From: Planctomycetota bacterium
GTDB taxonomy: Bacteria > Planctomycetota > Planctomycetia > JALXBF01
DNA: 64,000 nucleotides
Direction of reading: 5' to 3'
NCBI GenBank assembly: GCA_026991575.1
Contig: JALXBF010000027.1
Location: 1-64,000, forward strand
Position 1 is the stretch's first letter, and every line of letters starts with the position of its first letter. Under the pieces are notes generated by a model. The model worked only from the letters and a program-made list of their open reading frames with translations, did no database searches and was not told the DNA's origin. Positions 53,057 through 64,000 of this stretch are shown in pieces. Position numbers and translations under genes: made by a program.

Positions 53057-53756
53057 CATCGCGCCCGCAGCACGCTCGACCAGGCGTCGCACCGCCGTGC
53101 TGACCGCCTTGCTGCTTGGAGTGCCGAAACGAGCGGATGCCCTGCGTTGGCGCGGGCGTTGAGTCGCCCCCCTTGCTCGCGCGACGACAACCTCGGCTCA
53201 GAACGCAACAGGACGGATATGGATCCAGTTGCACGGCTGTCGAGCCGGCTAGCGCTGCCCTCGCCCAGCATCGCCCGAAACACCCGCCTTCCTCTTCGCG
53301 CGCGTTCGCGTCTGGGCGTAGGCGTAGCAGGGGAGTCGTGATCAGGGAACGAACGTGTGCGCGGTGATTCCGCGTTTGGGCCTGCTTGAGTTTGAAAGGA
53401 CGGCTGCGGCCGGCGATGCGGCGGGTTGTGACGCAAATGTGGCGGCGGTGATTGGGACCAGGGACGGAGACAACGTGCTGCGGTCGAGCTAGGTTGCTCC
53501 GCCGAGACAGGAAACGGCCGAGGACCACTCCGACACGGTGGCCGGCACGGCAGCCGGTCGAGACGCAAGTGGTTCTGGTGTGGGAGGTGGCGCCGCTGTC
53601 GCTACTGGCGCCCACGACGCACGACTGTCTGTCGGATCCGACAGAGAATCGGGCGCTGTCCGGATGATGGAACATTCCAGCCATCGCTTGGGTGACGCGG
53701 GAGTGCGTACAGTCAAGCACTGGGCGGCGAAGATGGCCCCGCCAGCTTGCTTCGAT

Positions 53757-54215
53757 GGGCGGGAGGGGGGTTTCATGTCCCCCTCCCGCAAGGTTCATGG
53801 GCAGCGCCGGCGTATCGCAAGAAGTTTGTTCGTTGCCGAGCCGCGGGCGGGTCAATCCGCCCGCGGCTCGCGTGGTAGCGTTTCTTTGGTCGCGTCGCGT
53901 GCGCAAGTTGGCCTCGCCGACGCCGCGGATGGAGTCCGCGGCGTCGGCGGAGATTTTTCAAATGGCGGGGTGACAAAAAATCTGGTATTGCCCGCGCTAC
54001 CCATCAACTGAGCGGGAGGGGGGCGTAGAGCCCCCCTCCCGCGAGTTCACGGTCGCTGGCGAGTTCAACGCTCCTCCGACGCAGGCGAAACCAACTCCTA
54101 ACGCAGCCGAAACCGACCCGCCTACGTCTGGGCGAGACCAGCGCCCAGACGTAGGCAAAGCGAACCCGCGCGGCGCGTTCGCGTCAGAGCAGCGGTTGAA
54201 CAACGCAACCCGTAC
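53757..54215. repeat. ~460-nt multi-hairpin non-coding element (copy 2)
   Basis: Collinear hairpins matching 27035-27500. Confidence 0.8.
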
Positions 54216-54437
54216 TGCGGAAGTCGAGTTCGGACCAGGCTGGGTGGTGATGGGGACATCGGAACACAGAAACATAGGTAACTACGCCCATCGCCTCCGA
54301 CCGGGGACATCGACTTACACCGCATACGTGGCGACGCCGACTCCGCTTGCAGGGCCGCCCAGGAAGAGGGTGCCACAGCAGTAGCAGCAGGCCTGGACGG
54401 CCGTGAGCACGGAGCCGTGCAGGACAGGGTCTGAGGA

Positions 54438-55748
54438 TCAGTCCCCCGTCAACCAGCCCCAGGCTCGTTTGAGCCAGCTTCGGCGCTTGGGGGGCCGTCG
54501 AGGGGGTAGGCTCGGGCCGCTCCACCAGCGGCGTACCTTGCTGGGCAGTTCGGTCACCGCTTCGCCAAGCCGGCTGCCGATTTCGGAACCGCCGATTGCT
54601 CCGGCGACGCCGCCCACCACTCCTCCAACCACCGTACCCACCGGACCGGCCGCGCTGCCAATGGCCGCGCCGGCAGACGCTCCGGCCCACGCGCCCGCCG
54701 CTCCGCCGGCGGCGCCTCCGGCGGTACGTGCCCCGAGTCTCACGTGGGCTCGCACCCGCTCGCTAGGCGAAATCGCCCGGCGTCGGTACTGCTGCTCGAT
54801 CTGGTAGGCTTCCACTCCGTAGACGGCCACCTCAGCCGCCGCCGCGGCAACTCCCAGCGCCTTACCGGCTCCGCGGGCGACCTCCGTGACGCGTCCCGCT
54901 CGCCGTAGCCCCTTCACCGCCTCCAGCACCTCCTCGCCAGCCACAATCCCTTCCGTCGACCGCGAGCCGCCCCGAACACCTCGATTTACCGCCGCAGCCG
55001 CACCCCGGGCCACGTCACGTGCGTCCTCAGCCGCATCAGCCGCCCGGTCCAAGTACCTCTGGAACTGCCAACCTCCTCTGCCTGTCTGGGAAGCACGCTT
55101 CAGACTGCCGGTCACCTCGCGCCGCATCTGCCGGTAGGGCCGTCCATATGTGCCTCTGGGCAGTGGCAGCTTGTCCTCACGCTGCAGCGTATCGAGAACC
55201 TGTTGCGCAAGTCGCCGCTGGTGCCGCGTAGCCCCCACCTGCCGTAGGACCTTGCGAGCACCACCTGCTCGGGACGTATGGACCACCTCGACCCGAAGTC
55301 TGCCTTGCTCGGCGTACTCTAGCACGAGTTGGGCGGCTTTCCGCTCACGTGCAGTGGCCCTCGGGCTATACAGGATACGCCTCGCGCTGTCGATCGCGTG
55401 CTCGATGGTCTCCTGACCGGGCCTCAGCCGGCCGGCTCCCCCCTTCGCTTCGATGCATACGATCTCTCGCGCTTGCTCGTCGAACCAGACCTGGTCCCAG
55501 CCGTGACGGTACTGCTTTTCAGTGTGCTTCAGCAGTGGCTTGTAGCCTTGCTCGCGGCAGTAGATCTCTGCTCCCTCTTCACCGACCAGTTCCATCTCCT
55601 GAGTCGCGACCTGGTGCACGGCAGCTCCCGCCGCTGTCGCCACCGTCGCGCCGTTCAGAGCAGCCTCACACGTCATGGAACCAGGAACGAGCGCCACAAC
55701 GCCTGCCGCCAACCAGCAGACCAGCTTGAATAGCTTGATTGAGGTCAT
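54438..55748 (-). CDS. Putative secreted PoNe-like nuclease + glycine zipper (paralog 2)
   Basis: GWDQVWFD...IEAKGG, glycine zipper, longer linker than paralog 1; GGAGG RBS. Confidence 0.72.
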   Translation of the reverse strand: MTSIKLFKLVCWLAAGVVALVPGSMTCEAALNGATVATAAGAAVHQVATQEMELVGEEGAEIYCREQGYKPLLKHTEKQYRHGWDQVWFDEQAREIVCIEAKGGAGRLRPGQETIEHAIDSARRILYSPRATARERKAAQLVLEYAEQGRLRVEVVHTSRAGGARKVLRQVGATRHQRRLAQQVLDTLQREDKLPLPRGTYGRPYRQMRREVTGSLKRASQTGRGGWQFQRYLDRAADAAEDARDVARGAAAAVNRGVRGGSRSTEGIVAGEEVLEAVKGLRRAGRVTEVARGAGKALGVAAAAAEVAVYGVEAYQIEQQYRRRAISPSERVRAHVRLGARTAGGAAGGAAGAWAGASAGAAIGSAAGPVGTVVGGVVGGVAGAIGGSEIGSRLGEAVTELPSKVRRWWSGPSLPPRRPPKRRSWLKRAWGWLTGD

Positions 55749-55931
55749 CGCACCTCCACGCTTACACTTACCAGCATTCCCCTCGACTCCGAAAAAAGAT
55801 CGCTCGGAGTCACCAGCGGCCTCGCCGTGCCCCGTTAGTCCGGACACCGGCGACTGACGCTTGAACGCGTTCGTTTTCATCGACGTCGGTATAACCTCCC
55901 TTTGGTGCAGTTGCCCAACCACGGCCGTCTA

Positions 55932-56294
55932 CTACCGGCCGAAGAACCACTTTTTCGCTGAACGGTACGCCTTATGCACTGCGCGCCAGCCCGGCGGCAC
56001 CAATGATTCCCGCACCGCCTTCCGGTGCTCTTGCCGCCGCTGGGCCGGTGTCATCTTGCCACGCCAGTACTTCCACTCAATGGAAAGCAGTCGCCAGACG
56101 TAACGGCTCGCGACAGGGCCCGGCACACAGCCAGCCGGACGGTAGGACGCCCGCGCGGCGGTGCCCACCACCTTGGACGTTCGCCCATGGCTAGCGGATG
56201 CCTGAGCTGCCACGGGCTGAGCGAACCATGTAACGCTGAGCGCCAGCCCCACGAGGCCAGGCAGAGCCACGTTCGTTAGCAGTCTGCTACTCAT
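55932..56294 (-). CDS. Small secreted partner protein (paralog 2)
   Basis: Signal peptide; YRPAGCVPGP...LSIEWKYWRG...PPGWR...KKWFFGR conserved with 29374-29742. Confidence 0.75.
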   Translation of the reverse strand: MSSRLLTNVALPGLVGLALSVTWFAQPVAAQASASHGRTSKVVGTAARASYRPAGCVPGPVASRYVWRLLSIEWKYWRGKMTPAQRRQEHRKAVRESLVPPGWRAVHKAYRSAKKWFFGR

Positions 56295-56493
56295 GAGAGG
56301 GCTACAACCTCCACCGCTCACACGCATGCCGTTGCACACCGTGTCAACTGATCTTCGGCCCATCGCTTCCTCCACTGGCGGACCCACGACTGTTTGGCTG
56401 TACGCCTTTCTCGCGTGCTTCACGCGGCTCCACAGCGACGCGAAAGCGTTTGACACACAGCCCCAGGGTCTGCGTTCCCGAGCTTCCGCTTTG

Positions 56494-56596
56494 TTTACGG
56501 CCCCACCGCTGCATTCCTGACAGCGGATTGCATCTGCCAACACCACAGCCGCTGTGCTCTTTTTGCGTATACGGACGGCCGCGGCAGAATCTGACA
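56494..56596 (-). promoter_or_regulatory. Two tandem ECF-sigma-like promoter motifs
   Basis: TGTCAG-N17-CGTATA and TGTCAG-N17-CGTAAA. Confidence 0.55.
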
Positions 56597-56834
56597 GCGG
56601 GCCACTGAACTCTCGCGTCGGATGCCCCCCAACACACGAACGGCCCGCCAATCGTGTCCCACTGGCATCTCGTCCAGCGGACGCAGGCCACGGCCCATCG
56701 AAGCTGGTGCGATACACGAGTTCCGCTCAGTCTCCTGGCCGACCGACGTCCGGCTGGGCGCGGCGGCCGCCGATCTAGTCCCTCTGCTTGCTACGGGCCC
56801 CTGTTGCCTCCCACAGGATGATGGCACCGACCAC

Positions 56835-58095
56835 GAGTGCCGTTTCAAGCTGAGAAGTTTCCCCTTTTGGGGGGTTGTTGGATCGGGGCGAGTCTCGTTC
56901 GCGCGTTGTCGGGTGCGGGGTTTACCGCACGCAATCGGCCGTTCGCCGTTATGCCATGTCACGTGGCTCTTGATCGCCCCTCCGAGCTGTCCATGGGACC
57001 GATAGTACGATCAGGCAAGGGCGAACTTCTTCAACGCCCCAAAGTGGCACTCGATTCGGTTCAGCCAGGAGGCATTGGTCGGGGTGAAGGAAAAGAGCAT
57101 CTTGTTCGCCTCCGCCCACTCCAGAACCCTTGAACTCAGATGGGGACCGTAGTTGTCCAGCACCACATGCAGAGTCTCCTCCACTGGATAACGACACCGG
57201 CCCCGCTTCAGAAAATCGAGGAATTCATCCGTTCTCTTTCGCTCGTGGAACCAGCCGTCGAGCCGGCCTGTCTCCAGATCGTAAAAGGCCAGCAAGTGCC
57301 GCACCCCGCCGTCGCGGCGATACGTCGCCGGCAGCCGGCCCGGGCGTCGGCTGCCCTCATGCTCCCAGCACATACCAGACCGCGGCGCCAGATTCAGTGG
57401 CCCAAACTCGTCGACACATATCCGCCTTCAGCACGCCTCTCGTACAACCCACCGATCCGGCGGGACTTTTGCACAAATTGCGGATCTTTCGACTCCTTCC
57501 AGGTTTTCGTCCACCTCAAGCGCACACCCGCACGTCTCACGATCTGACGCAACCGCTCCAGACTGATCTCCTCGACAATCCCCTGTTCGATCAGATACTG
57601 CCGCAGCTTCGCCAGGGACCACGGCGTCATCCCGATCAGCTGTTGCGGAGGCGACAGCGCTGTGTCGACGATCCGCTGGATGACTCTGGCGGAAAACTTC
57701 CGCGCCCTGGCCCGTTTCCCCGCACCGGGGTCCCAGTCAATGGCCTTCAATCCTCCTTCATTGAACCGATGAATGATCTTCCGTACCCACTGCACCGTGT
57801 AGCCCACGCCCTGGGCGATCTCCCTTGTGCTCCAACCTTCTGCCGAGAGTAGAATCACGCCGGCGCGTTTGGCCTTGACAGCGTTCCCTCTGGCACGTTT
57901 CATTGAACGGAGTCGCCTTCGCTCAGGCGGGGCAAGCGACGAACACGAACTCTGTACATCCTTGGAGCCTCCACGTTTTCTCCCTTTGACACCCACTGTG
58001 GAGGCTCCTTTTTACGTCATCACCCCCTGTCCCGCAAGCAGGGTCGTCCTCCGCCCCGTCCCGCCAAGGAAACTCTTCTAGTTGAGACCGCACTA
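56835..58095 (-). mobile_element. IS630-family element; transposase frameshifted (~57425) with an internal stop (~57011)
   Basis: Imperfect IRs agtgccgtttcaa / agtgcggtctcaa; HTH ORF 57996->57394, then CVDEFGPL, VLDNYGPH, SWLNRIECHF in another frame. Confidence 0.85.
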
Positions 58096-58441
58096 GCACC
58101 GATCATACAACTGTAGGAGCGTTTGGCGTTGGCTCCGAATGGGGATGATACCTCTGGCTAGCAGCCCGTGCGGAACTAACCTGCAATGCGACCTGGTTCA
58201 GCGTACGCATGGGGCTCCAGATGACATCCCGTCGAAAAGATGTTCGTACCCTGCTGAGCTCGGCAAAGCCAATTGACCTACGGCAATCCCACGTCGATTT
58301 GGCACCTGTCCCAGAAACAGTGTTCCGACAGTGCCGGCTCCGCAGTCCCTGCCCCATCTGGTCCCGCCCGGCCCCTCGAGAGCAGCCTCGTCGACGGCTG
58401 CCCCCACCGGCGCCCGCCCGTGATCAGAGCGGTGTCCCAGG

Positions 58442-59356
58442 CTACTGGTCCAGTTTCACTTCCCGCCCGAACACCGCCTGAATCACGTCCGCGGCACCGG
58501 CCGCATCTGCCGAAACCCACGGGTACTTCAGCCGCAGAGCGTCCCACAGATGGTAAGCCATGCTGATGCCCGTTCCCGTACCCGCGTGCGCAAAGTTCAC
58601 TCCGACGCAGAACCAGCCGTCTTCGGTGTTGACAAACAGCGGGCCTCCGCTGTTGCCGGGGTTCACCAATCCGTCGTGCTGGATGATCCGCAAGCGGGGA
58701 ATGTAAGCTCTGATTGCACTGACACGACCGAACGTAACGGTTCGCTCGAAAGCCAATGGATCCAGTGGATTGCCAACGGCGGCAACCTCACTGCCAATGC
58801 TCAGTCCTCGACTTGAGGTCAGGACAGGCGCGACCACGTAGTCTTCGCCCTTGCTCAGGCCGGAGGCGTCCACCGTCAGCAGCGCCACATCGGCCGACCG
58901 ATGCTCTGGTACCGCCATGTAGCGTACGGGTACCTTCTTGCGTCCGAACCGCACCGTCAATCGGTAATGCCTGATTTCTGGAATACCATCGGTGAACATG
59001 TCTCCCTCGGCCAAGTCGCTTAGCCCAAGGCAATGCTGGTTAGTTGCCAACACCAGCTCCGAGGAAGTCCACGCAATGACCACAGTCGATCCGTACCACT
59101 TCTGTGTGTCGTCGAAGAACCTGTCGGCTTCTTGCCAGTACCCCTCGAGTACCCCACACGTCAGCGGTAGCTCTTCCTTGGTCAGACCTTCTGTTGCCAG
59201 GATAGCCTCTTCGCCTGAAGGTGTCGGAATCCGGGGCCCACAGCCGCCGGCGAACCAGCATGCCATAGCGACAAGAACGGCGTGAACTGATGTACGCACG
59301 CAGCTTGGACAAGGATGGGTCGGGAAGTAAGCCAGCACCCGTCCGCCCCAGCACAT
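58442..59356 (-). CDS. Trypsin-like (S1C) serine protease, possible lipoprotein
   Basis: TNQHC, DVALL, NPGNSGGPL catalytic triad motifs; lipobox-like FAGGC. Confidence 0.85.
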   Translation of the reverse strand: MCWGGRVLAYFPTHPCPSCVRTSVHAVLVAMACWFAGGCGPRIPTPSGEEAILATEGLTKEELPLTCGVLEGYWQEADRFFDDTQKWYGSTVVIAWTSSELVLATNQHCLGLSDLAEGDMFTDGIPEIRHYRLTVRFGRKKVPVRYMAVPEHRSADVALLTVDASGLSKGEDYVVAPVLTSSRGLSIGSEVAAVGNPLDPLAFERTVTFGRVSAIRAYIPRLRIIQHDGLVNPGNSGGPLFVNTEDGWFCVGVNFAHAGTGTGISMAYHLWDALRLKYPWVSADAAGAADVIQAVFGREVKLDQ

Positions 59357-60216
59357 CACGGTCTCCCGTTGACACACGGTGAGGCGTCTTCCCTTGGGAC
59401 ATCCACGTCTCTTGTATCGTGTCCTGTCGGGCCGATATTCTAGCAGGACCGATCCGATCCGCACCACGCGTTGCGACACATGACCCACGATTCCAATTCC
59501 ACGACACAACGATGAGCCACGTAACCGTTCACAGGGTGCTGGCTGGCGAGGACGTAGTGCATGCCGTCGTACCAGCAACTAGCTCAGTACCGCGTACGTC
59601 GCGCCTGGCCAGACACGTGGGTCCGCGCATACCGGCTGCCAAATCGAAAGATTCGGCCGGATCTGAACGCCCTCCATAGCGAGATCGATCGATAGTACGT
59701 ACGCGTCCCTTCTGAACTATCCGCTGCTGAGCCAGCAGTGCAGGAATGTAGCTTCGCGAGCGTGGATTGCTGCCGGTCGTGCCGTGGCCAGGCTCCTCTG
59801 CCGCGCCGCCGCCCCGTTACGCCCTCGGAGCTGCGGGCATGTCTTTTCGGGTACGCTTCAGATACGGTTGTCAGTGTGGCGCATGCCTGTTCTCTCCGAC
59901 ACCTGCATCACTCTTTGCTCAGCGCACCTGACTATCAGCTTGTCATCCTCAGGACCGACGGACCGGACTGTAACCGGAAGCTACTCGGGGCGAGGGCACC
60001 ATTGCGGTTGTACAGACGGTCGGTGCCAGGCTGCGACCATCTTCCATAGTTGGACAGGGCCAGTCTTGGGGGTATTGTGTGCGCAACCCTTGTTGCGGCT
60101 AATGGTTGCGCTAGGGACAAGCAGTCGCAGCCGTAGTAGAACCGGCCGAAAGGTGGAGGCTATGCACGTGGCTATGGACCGCCGGCTACAATCCGCCGCC
60201 AGCGTCGGCCAGTACG

Positions 60217-61215
60217 GTAACCGTTCACGGGGCGCAGACTGGTGGCGCGGGGCGAGGATGGAGGTGAGTTTAAGGGGTGTCGGTAATGCTTGATGCGTGT
60301 TGGTGGTGCTAGATAGAGGACGAGTTGCATGCGTCACGCAGCAGGTTCGGGTAGAAGCCGTTGGAGGTCGTCTTCCTTGGCGGTAGGCAATCAGTGATTC
60401 TCTGAAGAAGGTCCGGATGGAGCGTCCGATCTGTCGGCACGTCTTGGCGATGCTCAGCAGCCGTTCTGTGTAGCGACCACCAGATTCGGTGTCGTTGCCG
60501 AAGCTGATCTTCCGCCAGATCACCGGTGACCGCAGTGCCCGCTCGGCCGCAGTCTTGGTCGGCTCAACGCCCTCGTGGTGCAAAAAACGCCCACAACGAC
60601 GGCTCGTGCCGCAGGAGGAAGCGGCAGGTCGCCGCGGTCTTCGGACACTTCAGCCGTGCCCCCTGCTGAAGCAGTTCTCTGATCCACCACCGTGCGTGCT
60701 TCAGGATCGAGTCCCGCATCGTGGCACGCGTGATCTCCCCACGACACATCCGAGCATGCTGCAAGAACGCAAAGTCCAGATTGTCCAGCAGAAGCGCCCC
60801 GATCCATGCACTCCTCCCTCCCCCGTTCCAGCATCGCCTTCGCCTGCCCCTGCACGTGCGCCAGGCACAGCTGACGACGATGGCGATCCAGCCAGCCGTA
60901 TGCCGAATACCCGTCCGTGTGCACGATCGCCCGTGTTTCCGGCCCCAAAGCTGGTTCGCCATCGCCTGCAATCGGCTCCGACGGATCAGGTAGTACGTCA
61001 CTCTATCCGTCGCCCCCACCCATAGCTATGTCCCGTTCTTCTCCACTCGCCAACTCCTCTCGTCGGCATGCACCGCCGACGTCGACCGCACCTCCTGGCC
61101 AATCTCCACATATGGCTCCGCCAGCGCTTCCGCTGCCTTCTGCACACTCGATGACAGCCGTCCCCGCGAGATCCTCACCCCAAACGCCCCCTGCAACAGA
61201 CACTGGATCGGCACA
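60217..61215 (-). mobile_element. Truncated IS66-family element (pseudogene), related to 25108-26739
   Basis: End gtaaccgttcac; collinear DNA similarity with 25108-26080; frameshifted transposase fragments. Confidence 0.85.
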
Positions 61216-61229
61216 CCCGCATGGCTCTA

Positions 61230-61258
61230 TTGACATGGCAGCAGGAGGCGTCTATGCT
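61230..61258 (+). promoter_or_regulatory. Sigma70-type promoter
   Basis: TTGACA-N17-TATGCT about 40 bp upstream of ATG 61298. Confidence 0.65.
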
Positions 61259-61297
61259 ATGGCTGGTTCTGTCTTGGACCTGGATGGCGTTGTAGGC

Positions 61298-62701
61298 ATG
61301 CGGTCAAGCTGGGATAGGGTAGCAGTCGTCGGTCTTCTTGGCACGTTCTTGACCGCGTTCTGTACTGCTGCGCGAGGCAGTGGCGCGCGCGAGACCGCAG
61401 ATGCAATTTTGGAGCGCTACGGGCCCGATGCAGCAATCACGTACTTGTATGCGGTCTTGCGTGAGAATCCTGCTAACCTGACGCCGCTGCGGCACCTCGT
61501 CGATATAGCGTGCAGTACAGCTGACGTCGCTACCAGGCGGCGCGCCGATGCGATTGTTCGGGAAATAGCTCGTCGGGTAGCGGTGGAGGACGTGGAGGAG
61601 TGTTACCGGCTGCTGGAGCGCCTGTGGCGCGATGGGGCGGAGGGACAGCGCTCAGACGAGACGCCCGTCCCAGTCGAAGAGTTGCTCCGGGCCGTCCGGC
61701 AATTGACACGCCCTGGCGACGCGGATAACCCCGACGCTCCCCCCTGGTCAGACATCGAGGCAGTTCAGTTCCGGCTATCTCAAGTTCGCATCGTCCTTTC
61801 GGGAGATATCTCCGATCAGGAACTGCGGTCGCGCTTGGCTGCAGCGGAGCGAACGCTGGAGCGCGCCCTGGCAGCGGCGACTGGGCTGACAGAGGCACGG
61901 CGCGTCCTCGCGGCGATGCGGGAGGCGGTGGGTACCGGGAAGGCCACAAGGACGTGGTTAGTCCAGAAAGACATTGAACTAACCCTTGCTCTCAAGCCCC
62001 TCCTGGATGCCGGTGATGATAGCTGTCCCGGGGCCGTCCGTTTGGCAATGGAACTTATGAGAAACTCCGAACAGCTCCTGGAACAGGCCCAACGTCGAGA
62101 TGAGTCCGAACAGCTGGCACGGCTCACCGACAAAGTGGCGCGCCTACTGGAAGCCCTACCACCGGTTGACTCAGAGCCACGCTGCGCCTGCCCTGTGGCG
62201 CGTTGGTGGCAGGGGTCGGTCAGGCCCATCAACCGAGGTAGAATCTGCTTCCCCGGCATTCCCAATCCCCCTGGGCCTGCTACTCGACAACTCTGGTCCG
62301 TGATGCGGGTCCGCAACTTAGTGCGTCGCAAGTTGACGGGATCTCTGCAGAGCCCGGAGACACTCGCCGAAGCGTCCAGGTTGTTGAGACAGCTCGATGA
62401 TCGGATCGAGCTCTTGCGACGGTGGCGCCGCGAGCGATACCGCCTGTGGGCCCTGCACGCGCTGGGAAAAGCCCTTCAGAGATGGGCGGCGGACAGAAAC
62501 TGGACCAACACCGACGCTGAAGCCCTGTGGAAGCACTACTACCTGGACAGGGTCATCGTACCTGTTGCTGGAGAACACTTTTCCGAGACGTTCTATTGGC
62601 TACGTGATCGCTGGATACTGGACGAAGTGGACGCGAACACGAGCGCGAGAATTCGGCTCATGTTCGCGATCCGACCTCCCGTGACACTTGAGCACTTTTG
62701 A
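61298..62701 (+). CDS. Hypothetical exported alpha-helical protein
   Basis: Signal-like N-terminus, helical/coiled-coil composition; the upstream part of the listed ORF lies in the IS66 remnant. Confidence 0.75.
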   Translation: MRSSWDRVAVVGLLGTFLTAFCTAARGSGARETADAILERYGPDAAITYLYAVLRENPANLTPLRHLVDIACSTADVATRRRADAIVREIARRVAVEDVEECYRLLERLWRDGAEGQRSDETPVPVEELLRAVRQLTRPGDADNPDAPPWSDIEAVQFRLSQVRIVLSGDISDQELRSRLAAAERTLERALAAATGLTEARRVLAAMREAVGTGKATRTWLVQKDIELTLALKPLLDAGDDSCPGAVRLAMELMRNSEQLLEQAQRRDESEQLARLTDKVARLLEALPPVDSEPRCACPVARWWQGSVRPINRGRICFPGIPNPPGPATRQLWSVMRVRNLVRRKLTGSLQSPETLAEASRLLRQLDDRIELLRRWRRERYRLWALHALGKALQRWAADRNWTNTDAEALWKHYYLDRVIVPVAGEHFSETFYWLRDRWILDEVDANTSARIRLMFAIRPPVTLEHF

Positions 62702-62711
62702 GGGGCTCACG

Positions 62712-64000
62712 ATGTACGGGACACGCGCACGGTCTGCGGCGTTAGCAACGCTTGTCGTCGGGATAGTCGCGATCGCGAGCGCGTACTGGCTGGGCGGAGA
62801 GACGTCCGAGCACGACCAAGAATCGGCCGCAACGGGCGCCAACGGTTCTGCCAGCGCGCCAACACAGGCGGCACAAGCGAAGCAACCTAGGGTAGAGAGC
62901 AGCAGGAAGTCTGCGAGATCGCAACCCGATGCCACAACAGCCACGGCATCCGCACGGAAGCGCCAACAAGGCAGCACTGCCCAGCACCGAGAAACTGCCG
63001 ATCGTGGGCACGACATGGCTGGGCCCACTTCGGAACACATCGATGCAGCCCTGCACCATGCCCGCCGGGCCGCCGAAGCAAAGAACTGGGAACTCGCACT
63101 GCTTTATGCCGCGAACGCTCTAACAAGAGACCCGAACCACAGTGAGACTTACTCGGTAATCCGGGAGGTGGCGGAGCAGTCAGGGGACAGCGCGGTTGTG
63201 ACTCGGTGCATTGGCCTTCTGGCCAGCGCGGCAAACGTGGCTCACCCGGACCGGGTCCGGCCCCTGCTCGATGAAATCGCCCGCCTCCAAGAGTTGGCCA
63301 GCTCGGTTACTCAGCAAGTCGATGCGAACCGCTTCAAGCCCGAGCAACTGGTTCAGCTGTTGAACGAGATTGACCGAGGTGTGCGTAGCGCTCCCCAACA
63401 ACCCGAACGGATTAGGGAGTGGCGAGACCAGCTCACGGAACTCCTTGCCCTCGCACAGGCGGCCGGTGAGGTCGAAGAAGAACCAATCGAGCGCGGCACA
63501 AAACAGCTCGAAGAGCTAGCAGTTCTGGAGGGAATCGCCGCTGCTATTCAATCCGCTGACATGCTCATCCGGCAACTCAAAGCACACGTACAGCGTGGCA
63601 CCCCAGAGCGGGCAGTCGTCTCCCGGTACGCTTTCTTGATCAGCACGCAGCTGGATACCGCCCTGGTCAGCACGCACCTCCCCGAGACCTGGCGCAAGGC
63701 TGTGGAGCAGAGGCACAAAGACCTCAACGATCTCCTTCACCGTGCAGAATCTATCTGGTCGGCCCAGTACTTGCAACGGATGCGCGAGGCGTTGAAGCCA
63801 GCTATGGAGCAGGCACGCCAGGCCTTGCGAGCGCCCGTCGTCGGTCCGGTTCGCAAGAGAGGACGCCTCACCCTGGCTCTGGACCGCCTTCAAGCTGAGA
63901 CAACGCGTGTTCAAATTGCTATTCTCCCGCATATCAAAGACCCGAACGCGTCGCTGGAAGCAACCAAGTTGATGCGCGAAGCCGCGCAGCTTGCACGGCA
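62712..64000 (+). CDS. Hypothetical membrane-anchored alpha-helical protein, partial (runs off window)
   Basis: Open frame from ATG 62712 (MYGTRARSAALATLVVGIVAIASAYWLGG...) to the window end, read by hand; GAGGGG RBS; not in the ORF track because it has no stop. Confidence 0.75.
   Translation, partial: MYGTRARSAALATLVVGIVAIASAYWLGGETSEHDQESAATGANGSASAPTQAAQAKQPRVESSRKSARSQPDATTATASARKRQQGSTAQHRETADRGHDMAGPTSEHIDAALHHARRAAEAKNWELALLYAANALTRDPNHSETYSVIREVAEQSGDSAVVTRCIGLLASAANVAHPDRVRPLLDEIARLQELASSVTQQVDANRFKPEQLVQLLNEIDRGVRSAPQQPERIREWRDQLTELLALAQAAGEVEEEPIERGTKQLEELAVLEGIAAAIQSADMLIRQLKAHVQRGTPERAVVSRYAFLISTQLDTALVSTHLPETWRKAVEQRHKDLNDLLHRAESIWSAQYLQRMREALKPAMEQARQALRAPVVGPVRKRGRLTLALDRLQAETTRVQIAILPHIKDPNASLEATKLMREAAQLAR

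Overview
GC-rich accessory region, probably from a Planctomycetota-like genome (inferred from secreted TPR-CHAT, STK-DUF4384 and FG-GAP proteins). No rRNA, tRNA or CRISPR array was seen. It holds: (i) a kinase-DUF4384 / secreted TPR-CHAT pair and a second TPR-CHAT paralog; (ii) a defence-type operon (N6-adenine MTase, PLD-SNF2 helicase, DUF3800) split by a stack of four IS elements (IS701 containing IS1634, abutting IS630 containing ISAs1); (iii) two paralogous modules, each a small secreted protein plus a secreted PoNe-like PD-(D/E)XK nuclease fused to a glycine zipper, each with tandem TGTCAG-N17-YGT promoter-like motifs upstream and a ~460-nt multi-hairpin non-coding element downstream; (iv) two ORF-less group II intron copies, one apparently inserted into a copy of that hairpin element and also carrying a piece of it; (v) an orphan Csx1-like CARF-HEPN gene; (vi) a MerR / VIT-VWA pair, several exported hydrolases, and many IS remnants. 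All family calls come from motif recognition by eye and need HMM confirmation.
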